A DNA stretch of 55,896 nt, taken from Microgenomates group bacterium GW2011_GWA2_44_7 (GTDB taxonomy: Bacteria > Patescibacteriota > Microgenomatia > GWA2-44-7). Shown here piece by piece: positions 17,058 to 26,009 of this stretch. A model generated the notes under the pieces. It searched no databases. It was not told the origin of the DNA and saw only the letters and a list, made by a program, of their open reading frames with translations. Position 1 is the first letter of the stretch, and each line of letters begins with the position of its first letter. Where the stretch lies: NCBI GenBank assembly GCA_000999595.1, contig LCJH01000008.1, positions 1-55,896 on the forward strand, given 5' to 3'. A program made the translations under genes and the position numbers.

Positions 17058-17205
17058 CTGAAAAACTGCGGTTTTTCAGTACTTCCTCGTCCGACGGGAG
17101 ACGTCGGACTTCAGTCGCACGATTAAGGAAATACTTCTTTGTAATCTACTGCGGATTTTTCAGTACTTCTTCCAAATCAGGGAGACTGATTTGTCAGTCG
17201 CACGA
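17058..17205. repeat. Tandem pair of ~83-bp units with conserved flanks, the same GGAGA loop and unrelated hairpin stems
   Basis: Unit A spans 17065-17122 and unit B 17148-17205. Shared ACTGCGG(A)TTTTTCAGTACTTC and TCAGTCGCACGA. Stems are GTCCGACG/CGTCGGAC versus AAATCAG/CTGATTT. Confidence 0.7.
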
Positions 17206-17235
17206 ATTGTGAACCATCTGGCACTGTGCCGACTG

Positions 17236-19107
17236 TCAGAAGCCGAGTTGAGTCAGATCAGCGAGAAACAGTTTACTCGACCGGTTATTAATTCGGTTTT
17301 GTTTGTTTAACTGGGAGATATAGTCTCTAAGGTGGTCGCCGATCACCTGAGATGGTTTGTCACTATTACTAGTATCTTTTTTTTCCAGAAGCGAGACCCT
17401 GTGAATAAGCTGATCTCTTGTTGTCTGGGAGTTTATCCAGCCCAGACTATAAGCCAACCGAATATCATTTCGAAAGGTCTCATAGGTCACAACTTTAACC
17501 GCGTTCTTTACTCCGACGGGATCAGTTTGTGAATAGTCAAAGTTGATAAGGGTAGGGGAACCATCATCGACGATTCCTTCAAATGTCCTCATAAAAGGAT
17601 CTCCATTCCTATCATAACCAATGAGGGTCAGTTTATAAGGTGAAAGCGAATCCGACCAGATAACAAGGCTGTAGCTTGCGTTGATTGGCAATGGCATTGC
17701 CAGCTCTTGAAAACCAGGACCACTTGGCTGATTACTTTCGTCCAGAATTGGAGGAACAAATCCATAATTGCTTTCTCCGGGGACAAAGATTTCCATGGTG
17801 CTGGGATCCTTTCCTAGTTTTAATCCCATCTGATTTGTTAGAAATAGTTCAACCTTCGGGTCTACCGTCAGGTATAAAGCGGCCAGGTTCGTATTGGTGG
17901 GAAAGTAATTCATTATTGAATTTGGACTGTTATATGAGGAGAGTTCCGTAAATGGATAGCGTGGATCATTTATAAAGTGTGACGCTGCTGAGCGGCCTGT
18001 GGCGACCACGAAATGACCACCCTGCTTTACGCCAATTATGTCGGGTTGATTTTTTTCGAGATGAGCGTTGAGCAACTTAGTATTAAATGAGCTATTTTTT
18101 CTAAAATCCAAAATAGGCGAACCATAAAGGTTATGCGCCAGCCGGGTAAATCTTCTTAACGCCCACCAATTAACATGTCCGCCATTAACATAACCATCCT
18201 CTTCCAACTGCAACCAAGAATTTATTGAATTCGGATTAACTTCAGATCCATCAGGTGTCTTGTCTACACCCTGAAAAAGAAAATTCATCGCAACAGACGT
18301 AATTGCGCATCCCCATCGATGTATCGTTGGTGGAGCCGGAGAGGACCACTCGGTAGCACTATCGTATATCTCATCTGACCATCGTAAATCTGTCTGTTTT
18401 AACAAAGGAACGGGAAGTGGGGTAGGAGAAGGGAAAGTTGAAAGATCATTTATCAATACATTGTCAAAATGAGAGGTTGTTATACTACCTACTCCAGAGT
18501 AATTGCCAGACCAGACATACAAGGCTATTTTACCCTGGTTCAAAATACTACCAGTGTCATCAAAGTCGATATACTTGGTACCATCGATATACACCTCAAT
18601 CTTGTTACCTACGACTCTTACTTTTAAAGAATACCATGAATTAATTGTATTCAGAAAAGGAACGACCTTTAGTTGCTTAAAAACTCCATTTTCTGATTTA
18701 TTAAGCCGAACATAATTTTGTGAAAATGGGTAACCAACCATGTGAACAGCATAATTATTATTCCAGTCCTTGTATCTAAACAATATTACCTTATCTGCCC
18801 CAGCAGTATTTTTGACATCAGTATGGAATTCGTAATCAGTCCATACCGATAGTCCTGTCTTACTAAGGCTCCAGTGGTCAGAACCGTCATACATAACCGT
18901 CGACGAGTAATCACCATCTAATACCTTCCAATCCCCTGCTTCTACTATCCAAGAGCTTCTCGTATATTCTTCATTTTCGAAATCATCCTCGAATAAGATA
19001 ATTGAAGCGCTGGTCACGGGCGAAAGCAAAAATAAACCTAATGAAGTTAGAAGAAGAACTACACCTATTCTGAAAGTGAGAAATTTACTAAGTATAATGT
19101 GGTACAA
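17236..19107 (-). CDS. Secreted multidomain protein: LamG/DUF1080-like lectin fold plus peptidase C39-like cysteine protease domain
   Basis: Signal/TM segment at the N-terminus. The FEDDFENEE...WIVEAGDWKVLDG block resembles a concanavalin-like domain. HRWGCAITSVAMNF (Cys) and GGHFVVATG (His) resemble C39-like peptidases. Confidence 0.55.
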   Translation of the reverse strand: MYHIILSKFLTFRIGVVLLLTSLGLFLLSPVTSASIILFEDDFENEEYTRSSWIVEAGDWKVLDGDYSSTVMYDGSDHWSLSKTGLSVWTDYEFHTDVKNTAGADKVILFRYKDWNNNYAVHMVGYPFSQNYVRLNKSENGVFKQLKVVPFLNTINSWYSLKVRVVGNKIEVYIDGTKYIDFDDTGSILNQGKIALYVWSGNYSGVGSITTSHFDNVLINDLSTFPSPTPLPVPLLKQTDLRWSDEIYDSATEWSSPAPPTIHRWGCAITSVAMNFLFQGVDKTPDGSEVNPNSINSWLQLEEDGYVNGGHVNWWALRRFTRLAHNLYGSPILDFRKNSSFNTKLLNAHLEKNQPDIIGVKQGGHFVVATGRSAASHFINDPRYPFTELSSYNSPNSIMNYFPTNTNLAALYLTVDPKVELFLTNQMGLKLGKDPSTMEIFVPGESNYGFVPPILDESNQPSGPGFQELAMPLPINASYSLVIWSDSLSPYKLTLIGYDRNGDPFMRTFEGIVDDGSPTLINFDYSQTDPVGVKNAVKVVTYETFRNDIRLAYSLGWINSQTTRDQLIHRVSLLEKKDTSNSDKPSQVIGDHLRDYISQLNKQNRINNRSSKLFLADLTQLGF

Positions 19108-19138
19108 GTCAGTTTAGTTTATAATCTTTTATATTTCG

Positions 19139-20119
19139 ATGTCAAACAAGAACCACCATCACACGAACCATGTTAGCGTCGTAATTACTGTAAAAAACGA
19201 AGCCCAAAGCATTAGGGGTACCTTAAAATCTCTTTTGAGTCAAACATATAAACCCGGAGAAATTTTGGTTGTAGATGGAGGTTCCACGGATAAAACTTCT
19301 CAAATAATCTCAGAGTTCAAAGGAAAGGGAGTTAAATACTATTCCAAGACAGGTAATCGATCCGTTGGAAGGAATGAAGGAATCAAAAGAGCTCGAAATA
19401 ATATTATCGCAATTACGGACTCAGGATGTATTGCAAACAAGGACTGGGTTAAGAAAATTAGTGAACCCATTCGTGGAGGAGACTGCGATGTTGTTGCTGG
19501 TTATTATCGAGTGAATCATAAGGCTACGGTATTTCAGCGATGTCTTGCCACATACACGTTAGTGATGAACAATAATTTGTTAAATGATAATTTCTTACCT
19601 GCATCACGTTCAATGGCATTGACTAGGAAAATCTTAAATGACTGTGGTGGATTTCCAGAAGAGTTTTCGTACAATGAGGACTATGTGCTAGCTAGGCGGT
19701 TAAAATCCATGCGTGCGAGAAGAATACGTTTCGCAAAAGAAGCCGTGGTTGAGTGGGAACCAAGAAAGGAAGTGCTTGAGGCATTTTGGATGTTTTTAAA
19801 ATTTGCTTTCGGAGACGCCCAGGCAGGGACAACAAGGAATACACTTCCATTACTTTTCATAAGAGCAATTTTATTTATTATTTTGTTTTTACTAGCGCTC
19901 TTTGTATCAAATCGTTTATGGGTAATCATTGCTCTATTATCATGTTTATATCTAGTATGGGCAGTTAATAAAAACTATAAGTATGTTGGTGTTATTAGCG
20001 CGACCATGTGGCTACCATTGCTCCAGTTAATATCTGATATTGCTGTATTAATTGGTTCTTTTACGGGTTATTTATTTCGACTACAGATATCATCTGTTCA
20101 TCATAAACCGGATAGATAA
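19139..20119 (+). CDS. Family 2 glycosyltransferase with C-terminal TM segments
   Basis: VSVVITVKNEAQSI...EILVVDGGSTDKT...ITDSG is a GT-A/GT2 signature. Confidence 0.8.
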   Translation: MSNKNHHHTNHVSVVITVKNEAQSIRGTLKSLLSQTYKPGEILVVDGGSTDKTSQIISEFKGKGVKYYSKTGNRSVGRNEGIKRARNNIIAITDSGCIANKDWVKKISEPIRGGDCDVVAGYYRVNHKATVFQRCLATYTLVMNNNLLNDNFLPASRSMALTRKILNDCGGFPEEFSYNEDYVLARRLKSMRARRIRFAKEAVVEWEPRKEVLEAFWMFLKFAFGDAQAGTTRNTLPLLFIRAILFIILFLLALFVSNRLWVIIALLSCLYLVWAVNKNYKYVGVISATMWLPLLQLISDIAVLIGSFTGYLFRLQISSVHHKPDR

Positions 20120-20138
20120 AATGAGGATTTAGTATTTC

Positions 20139-20909
20139 ATGATTACAGCAATAGTTTTGGCTAGAAACGAAGAAAAAAATATTGAAAGATGCATCAAATC
20201 ACTGCAATGGTGTAACGAGATAATAGTAATTGACGATGAGTCTTCAGATAGAACGGTAGAACTTGCATCTAAATTGGGAGCAAAGGTATTCAAGCGAGCA
20301 CTTAAAGATGATTTCGCTGCTCAAAGGAACTTCGCCCTGGAAAAAGCTGCAAATTCTTGGGTACTGTTCGTGGATGCCGATGAGGTAGTCACAACAGAAT
20401 TATCAAATGAAATTATGGAAAAGGTAAAAAAAGTTGAGTACAAGGGTTTTAAGGTAAAACGCATCGACTACTTATGGGGCAAGAAAATTCGCCACGGGGA
20501 TATAGCCAGATTTAATTATGTTCGTCTGGGAAGAAGGGGAGTTGGAAAGTGGAGACGAAGGGTTGATGAAGTTTGGGAGATAGAAGGCAAGATAGACCAA
20601 CTTAACAATCCCCTTTTGCATTATCCACATCAGTCGGTCGCAGAATTTTTACAGGAAATAAACTTTAAATCGTCCCTTAACGCAAGACAATTCTACGAAG
20701 AAGGTAAAAGTACAAATCTGGTTGATTGGTTTAAGCCCCTAGCAACCTTTTTTCGAAGTTGGATTTTTAAGTTAGGGTTTTTAGACGGGATGGCAGGTTT
20801 TAATATTGCGCTTCTGATGAGCTTTCATTCATTTTTAGTTCGATCAAAACTTTTCTTGTTTACAAAGTCAGGTGGGCAAACGTTAAATGTTAAAAGTACA
20901 GGTCTATGA
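20139..20909 (+). CDS. Family 2 glycosyltransferase
   Basis: ITAIVLARNEEKNIERCI...IIVIDDESSDRT...FVDADE (DxD). Confidence 0.8.
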   Translation: MITAIVLARNEEKNIERCIKSLQWCNEIIVIDDESSDRTVELASKLGAKVFKRALKDDFAAQRNFALEKAANSWVLFVDADEVVTTELSNEIMEKVKKVEYKGFKVKRIDYLWGKKIRHGDIARFNYVRLGRRGVGKWRRRVDEVWEIEGKIDQLNNPLLHYPHQSVAEFLQEINFKSSLNARQFYEEGKSTNLVDWFKPLATFFRSWIFKLGFLDGMAGFNIALLMSFHSFLVRSKLFLFTKSGGQTLNVKSTGL

Positions 20910-20982
20910 TAAAAACACGATGGGAAGCGCTCTACCTCTTCTGGCTTAGTATCATATTAGCATCCTATTTATTAATGTTGGG

Positions 20983-22572
20983 TTGTCGAGGAAAGCTTCC
21001 ATGCTTACTGTTGTTTTAGCGTGGGCAATCGTTGGGTATGCACTTTATTTAATCGGCGTACTCTGGGATTTACCGAGTATAAGCATACTGGCCTTTATCT
21101 TCATTTTATTGTCTGTATTCTCAGTCACCCTTATTTTAAGGGCAAAATTAATTGTGGCCCTAATCGATGAAGTAAAACGACTCTGGAATGACGGAATTTT
21201 AGAGCGATTACTTATTACAGTAGCGATATTTCAGCTGGTATTAAATCTGATAGGGGCAGCTTCTCCGGAACTGTCTTTCGATGCGCTATGGTATCACCTG
21301 CCGCTTCCGCAATTGTATTTAGAAAGGGGAGAAATTTGGTTTCCCCGGGGTAATTTGCTGCCAAGCGGGCTTCCGCGCTTGGCAGAGATGTGGTACACGC
21401 TTCTGCTCTCGATTGATCGTACTGCAACCATGGCGAAATTCATGCATCTTATATTTGGTTTACTGTCCTTCGCCTTAATTTATTCCCTCAGTCGAAAACA
21501 TATCACCCGACAAATAGCCTTATTGGTCGCAGTTGACTGGTACACCATGCTTTCTGTCGGTTGGCTTTCGACTACCGCCTATACAGATCTGTATGTGGTT
21601 GTGTTTCTCCTTTTAGCTGTTCGTGGATTAGTTGAGAAGGAAGATTACAGGCTAGGCGGATTATTATTCGGACTAGCTTCATCAGTAAAGATGATCTTTA
21701 TTGTCCCGTCTGTCTTGATTGCTTTTTGGATATTTATTCAAAAAAAACCACTACAAACCGGCGTAAAAAATACATTAAATTATACTGCAGCCGTAATAAT
21801 GGTCATCATCCCTTGGCTAAGTATTTCTTGGATCAAAACTGGTGATCCAATTTACCCATTGCTTACATATCAACCCGAAAGTGTAATATCCGCCCCGCTA
21901 AGCTCTTTTCTGGGGCGACTGGGTAGTTTTGTATTTGCTCCTTGGCAATGGACCTTCAAGCCGGACACGCCAATCTCTCCTGTATATGTTGCCCTAATCC
22001 CTGTCTTTCTTATTTGCTGGTCAAGGTGGAATAAAACGATAAAAGCTTACTTTATTTTAGCAATGATACTTCTTTCTGGAGTCTGGTTCTTCCCTCAGTT
22101 CTCCAATCGGTATCTATTACCAGGGTTGGCGGTCTTATCAGTCCCTGTGGCGGTATCGATTTACCAGTTACAAAATAGATTTAGAAAAATAACTATTTGT
22201 TTTTTGGTTATCTCTATCGGAATTAATGTTTTTGCAAGGACTCTGGCTTCTCAAAAATTTATTCCCTTCATATCAGGTGAACAGTCGAAAGAGGAATTTT
22301 TAGCAAGTAATCTGGACTTAGATTTTGGAAATTACATTGATCGGGGAGGTAAAATTGCAAAGTTAGTTGGTTCGAATAAAGTGCTAATTACGGACATTCA
22401 TAACCTATTCTATGTGGATTTTCCCTTTGATCATATTTCTTGGGCAGATAATCCCGAAAATTATCGATATCTCCTTGTTCGCAAGGGAGCAAAACTACCC
22501 TCAGGGTACGAACAAACGAAATTGGTCTATACAGACGTTCAAAGCGAAATGGAGTTATATCTAAATGAATAG
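20983..22572 (+). CDS. Polytopic membrane protein, GT-C (ArnT/PMT-like) glycosyltransferase candidate
   Basis: More than 10 predicted TM segments and an ELSFDALWYH loop motif. The ORF opens with TTG at 20983; the first ATG is at 21001. See the finding on the upstream 37-codon ORF. Confidence 0.55.
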   Translation: MSRKASMLTVVLAWAIVGYALYLIGVLWDLPSISILAFIFILLSVFSVTLILRAKLIVALIDEVKRLWNDGILERLLITVAIFQLVLNLIGAASPELSFDALWYHLPLPQLYLERGEIWFPRGNLLPSGLPRLAEMWYTLLLSIDRTATMAKFMHLIFGLLSFALIYSLSRKHITRQIALLVAVDWYTMLSVGWLSTTAYTDLYVVVFLLLAVRGLVEKEDYRLGGLLFGLASSVKMIFIVPSVLIAFWIFIQKKPLQTGVKNTLNYTAAVIMVIIPWLSISWIKTGDPIYPLLTYQPESVISAPLSSFLGRLGSFVFAPWQWTFKPDTPISPVYVALIPVFLICWSRWNKTIKAYFILAMILLSGVWFFPQFSNRYLLPGLAVLSVPVAVSIYQLQNRFRKITICFLVISIGINVFARTLASQKFIPFISGEQSKEEFLASNLDLDFGNYIDRGGKIAKLVGSNKVLITDIHNLFYVDFPFDHISWADNPENYRYLLVRKGAKLPSGYEQTKLVYTDVQSEMELYLNE

Positions 22573-23679
22573 ACAAATAAGCTTTATCAAGCACTTAGTA
22601 CAAGGTGACTTACTTTGGATAGGTTACGCAGCTCTCTGGATCATCTTCCCGTTAGGACAATTTATCAGATACCAACTCTCTGAAGAAACGCCCATTTACT
22701 TCGTCGAGATTATTTCTGCAGTAATTATCCTGCTAATGATCCTTAAAATATTTCCGATAATTAAAAAACTATACAATCCACCCTTCGTTGCCTGGATTGG
22801 ATTTATTATTGTCCTGATTTTGTCCCTGATATTAACCCCCCTTTCTGTGGATGAAAATAACTTTGCGTTGGCCTTCTTGTATCTTGCGAGATATTTTGTT
22901 GCTAGTAGTTTGTTTCTTGTTGGATTGGTTATCGATGGTCGAATGAAAAAGAGAATACTTAAGTTGATGTTAATGGCAGGAACCGGCTTAGCCATCTCAG
23001 GCTTAGTACAGTATCTCGTTTTTCCTTATTTCGGTCCCCTCGCAAACGAAGGATGGGATCCTCACCTATTTAGAATAGCCGCCAGTTTTTTTGACCCGGG
23101 GTTCGCTGGCTATATCTATGCCAGCTCTCTCCTTATGTTGATCGGGCTAAAGTCGGAATTTAAATTGTCAAAAATCGCTTGGTCAATAATGATGGGGATA
23201 TTATTTTTTCGACGCTATTATTGCCTCGGCCAGTGGGTGAAGGAATCCGGCTTGAGCGGGAAAATAGTATCCTGGCCAGGATAGAAAATTGGTCACATGC
23301 CATAAGTATCTTTAAAAAGTACCCGGTTTTTGGAGTGGGCTTCAATGCTTATAAGTTTGCCCAAGAAAGAGAAGGTTATATAACCAGCACAGACAGGAAT
23401 CACTCGGCATCCGGTAGTGATTCAAGTTTTTTATTGGTTTTAGCCACTTCAGGATTAGTAGGTGGTTTAGCGTTCTGCAATTTGGTTTTTCAAATTGTTA
23501 AAAAATTAACCCGACAGACCCAAAAGGTTGGAGTAGTTGCCTTGGCTTCTCTGTTTGCACTTTTGGGGCACTCTTGGTTTTTAAATAGTTATTTTTATCT
23601 TTGGATACTAGTTTGGATATCTACTTTAATAGGACTGTCGATCAATCAAAGCCAAGAAGAAAACGCAAGTTCTAGTTAA
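22565..23679 (+). pseudogene. O-antigen ligase/polymerase-like (Wzy_C) gene split by a frameshift
   Basis: ORF 22565-23284 (TM-rich) and ORF 23179-23679 (RLERENSILARIENWSHAISIFKKYPVFGVGFNAYKF, typical of the ligase loop) overlap in different frames. The switch maps to the T6 run at 23204-23209. Confidence 0.65.
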
Positions 23680-24398
23680 GGTTCAAAAGTAACCTTTATT
23701 TGTCTCGTATCATAATTTCCTGCAGAATCGGTTGCAATCGCAATAATCAGATTCTCCCCGTTGCTAAGCGAGAGGGAAGTTGTAAATGAACCATCCGGCG
23801 AAACATAAACAAATCTTTGATTAATTGCAAGCGAAGCCCTTTTATTTATTTTTCCGGATATCGTAGTGTTTTGTTGCCGTACTCCTACGAATTTTTGGCC
23901 ATCCTGAGGTTGATCAATATTAATTTGAGGCTTAGTGTTATCAAAAATTATCTTCAGCTCTTGGCTCGGTAGACTACGATTACCCGCTTTGTCGGTAGCG
24001 ATTACTTTTATGTTGTTAGATCCATCAGATAAAACAATTCTCGATGACTTAAACAAGCCACTTTTATCCGAGGTTGTGGATGTCTGAAGTCGTCCATTTA
24101 CATTTATTTCGACTTTAGCGTCCGATTCTGAAGTTCCGGAAACAAATAACTCTGCGCTGTTGGTCGCCTGCGGCAATGCGAAAATAAATGGCTGTGCCGG
24201 GGCCAAAGTATCAGAACCACTGCTTAATCGATCACCTGAATTGCGTACCGAAGAAATGAGATTAAAAAGATTCGGGATGCCCCAGACTACAAATGCTACT
24301 AAAAGCAATACAGAGATCGTGCCCAAGAACCAAACTTTACGCCTCAACCTACGCTCTTCTGCCCAATTCAGTCGTGAATAACTAGGATATCTGGCCAT
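23676..24398 (-). CDS. Membrane-anchored protein with two bacterial Ig-like repeats
   Basis: N-terminal TM segment (VWFLGTISVLLLVAFVVWGI). Repeated ...IKVIATDKAGN... and ...IIAIATDSAGN... modules. Confidence 0.6.
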   Translation of the reverse strand: MARYPSYSRLNWAEERRLRRKVWFLGTISVLLLVAFVVWGIPNLFNLISSVRNSGDRLSSGSDTLAPAQPFIFALPQATNSAELFVSGTSESDAKVEINVNGRLQTSTTSDKSGLFKSSRIVLSDGSNNIKVIATDKAGNRSLPSQELKIIFDNTKPQINIDQPQDGQKFVGVRQQNTTISGKINKRASLAINQRFVYVSPDGSFTTSLSLSNGENLIIAIATDSAGNYDTRQIKVTFEP

Positions 24399-24407
24399 AA
24401 GCTAATG

Positions 24408-24480
24408 AGCCGAGACCGGGGCTCGAACCCGGGACCTACGCTTTACGAAAGCGCCGCTCTACCAACTGAGCTATCTCGGC
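24408..24480 (-). tRNA. tRNA-Thr (anticodon CGT)
   Basis: Minus-strand fold: GCCGAGA-TA-GCTCAGTTGGTAGAGC-G-GCGCT-TTCGTAA-AGCGT-AGGTC-CCGGGTTCGAGCCCCGG-TCTCGGC-T. Confidence 0.85.
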
Positions 24481-24501
24481 GTATCGCGTTAGACCTGAAA
24501 A

Positions 24502-24798
24502 TTAACCCCTTTCTCTTAAATATATTCTAGCACTAATTATTTCTTCAAGTAATTTTTGTGCGCCACTAGGATTATTTCTCACCACTTGCATGAAAACTGT
24601 GGAAAGCTGATTAAGGCGGTTAGTAACCGCTTGGTAACTTGCCAGTATCCGGCCCTGACGTGATCGCTTCCGATAGGTAATAAATGTTTTAAGCCGTTGC
24701 CACTCTCCAGCGGCTATTTCTCGCTCCAAACTGGAGTCGGTATCGTCTTTTTGTGTCTCGGATGTTTCCGTAGATTCTCGAGTCTTATCTTTTTCCAT
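24502..24798 (-). CDS. Hypothetical protein (acidic N-terminus, helical C-terminus)
   Basis: 98-aa ORF with no recognisable motif. Co-oriented with its neighbours. Confidence 0.4.
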   Translation of the reverse strand: MEKDKTRESTETSETQKDDTDSSLEREIAAGEWQRLKTFITYRKRSRQGRILASYQAVTNRLNQLSTVFMQVVRNNPSGAQKLLEEIISARIYLRERG

Positions 24799-24853
24799 AA
24801 GTCAGCTAGTCGATGGTACGAATTGTGATCTACCTTAACCGTAGAAACTGTAT

Positions 24854-25198
24854 TTAATCAGCCACAATTTCATTTTGTTCAGAGTAATATGCCGGAGAGG
24901 TGACAACCACGTATGATATGTTTCCTTCAATAAAATACTTTTGACCTGGTTGGATTGTAAGTACATCACCCTCTTGAAGCTCATAAGGCATATTTTCAAT
25001 CGTAATAGTTCCACTTCCTTTAGTTATATAAAAAAGTACGTGAAGGTCATGTTCTATAAACTGTTCTTTTTCTCCAGACGGATGCCTCCCTTTTACTTCA
25101 ATGTAAGCCGCACTAATTGCTTTTGAAGAAGCAGGATAGCTGTAAATAGTTGTAAATTCTCTCGTAATTAACTTTGCGTCGTTCTTGGCCACTTTCAT
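24854..25198 (-). CDS. Cupin-domain protein
   Basis: 114 aa. GRHPSGEKEQFIEHDLHVLFYITKGSG...GDVLTIQPGQKYFIEG fits the two-motif cupin barrel. Confidence 0.65.
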   Translation of the reverse strand: MKVAKNDAKLITREFTTIYSYPASSKAISAAYIEVKGRHPSGEKEQFIEHDLHVLFYITKGSGTITIENMPYELQEGDVLTIQPGQKYFIEGNISYVVVTSPAYYSEQNEIVAD

Positions 25199-25341
25199 AG
25201 CTGTTTATTATTGTAACTTTCGGAGCTGGGAGAGCGTACTGGGCTCGAACTCGCCTCGCTTCGCGGTCGAAGCGGGCCAATCAAAGTATATCACTTCTGA
25301 TTTGACGCCTCAGCTTAACATTCCAAAGACCAAAGAAACAC
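25199..25341 (-). repeat. Intergenic element copy R1 (5' of the cupin gene)
   Basis: Blocks ACTTTCGGAGCTGGG (25216-25230), hairpin 25253-25277, GGGCCAATCAAAGTATATCAC (25274-25294). The distal block is degenerate. Confidence 0.75.
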
Positions 25342-25815
25342 CTAGGAATTCAGAGCTTCTCTAATTTGATTAAGTAAATTTTCGTAATCCTTGTACAGAA
25401 ACGTATTTAATCCAGCTGTTTTTGCTGCCTGAATATTTTCAGGTGCATCGTCCACATATAGTATTTCATTAGGACCTAATTTGAGGTGAGAGGCAACTAA
25501 CCCATACGCCTCAGAGGTTTTTTTATCTGTATTCATTTTTTTAGCTGACAAAACCTCTTTAAACACCGGCTGGAGATACGGCTGAAATTCGGGAGAATCT
25601 TGAATGACATCACTGGTAAAAATATAAACAGGGATTCTGTCTTTTAGAGATTTATAAAAATCCAAGAGCCCAACATTCAACTCAAAAAAGTCAAGCGCAT
25701 TATAGCTTGGTTTTTCAGACAGTTCTTTGTGCAGAGCATTCAGACTACCTTGATAGCTCTTATCTTTAGGGAATAACAAAACTCTGGAAAAATCACTGAC
25801 TATTGCTTTGATCAT
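25342..25815 (-). CDS. HAD-superfamily hydrolase
   Basis: N-terminal IKAIVSDFSRVL (DxS variant of motif I) and C-terminal ILYVDDAPENIQAAKTAGLNTFLY (motif IV). Confidence 0.7.
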   Translation of the reverse strand: MIKAIVSDFSRVLLFPKDKSYQGSLNALHKELSEKPSYNALDFFELNVGLLDFYKSLKDRIPVYIFTSDVIQDSPEFQPYLQPVFKEVLSAKKMNTDKKTSEAYGLVASHLKLGPNEILYVDDAPENIQAAKTAGLNTFLYKDYENLLNQIREALNS

Positions 25816-26009
25816 CTCTTAACTTTTACTTTCTCTTTATTTCTGTCACTTTCGGAGCTGGGGAGCGTACTTCGCTCGAACTCGCTTCGCGGTCGGAGCT
25901 GACTCGCCTCGATTCGACGATCGAGTCGAAGCGGGCTTATCAAAATATATCACAACAAAATTAGGTTCAGAACTTTCAGCCTTAAAAGAACACCTTCACC
26001 TAAGATCAT
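25816..26009 (-). repeat. Intergenic element copy R2 (5' of the HAD gene), internally chimeric
   Basis: CACTTTCGGAGCTGGGG 25847-25863. A second CGGAGCTGA at 25894-25902. Hairpin 25906-25936, GGGCTTATCAAAATATATCAC 25933-25953 and TTCAGCCTTAAAAGAACACC 25975-25994. Confidence 0.75.

Noticed and set aside
25216-25994. Terminal inverted repeats that would define the R elements as MITEs
   Set aside because: The reverse complement of the proximal block (CAGCTCCGAAAGTG) matches the distal block (CAGCCTTAAAAGAA) at only about half the positions. No target-site duplications were seen. The idea is kept only as a weak alternative in the findings.
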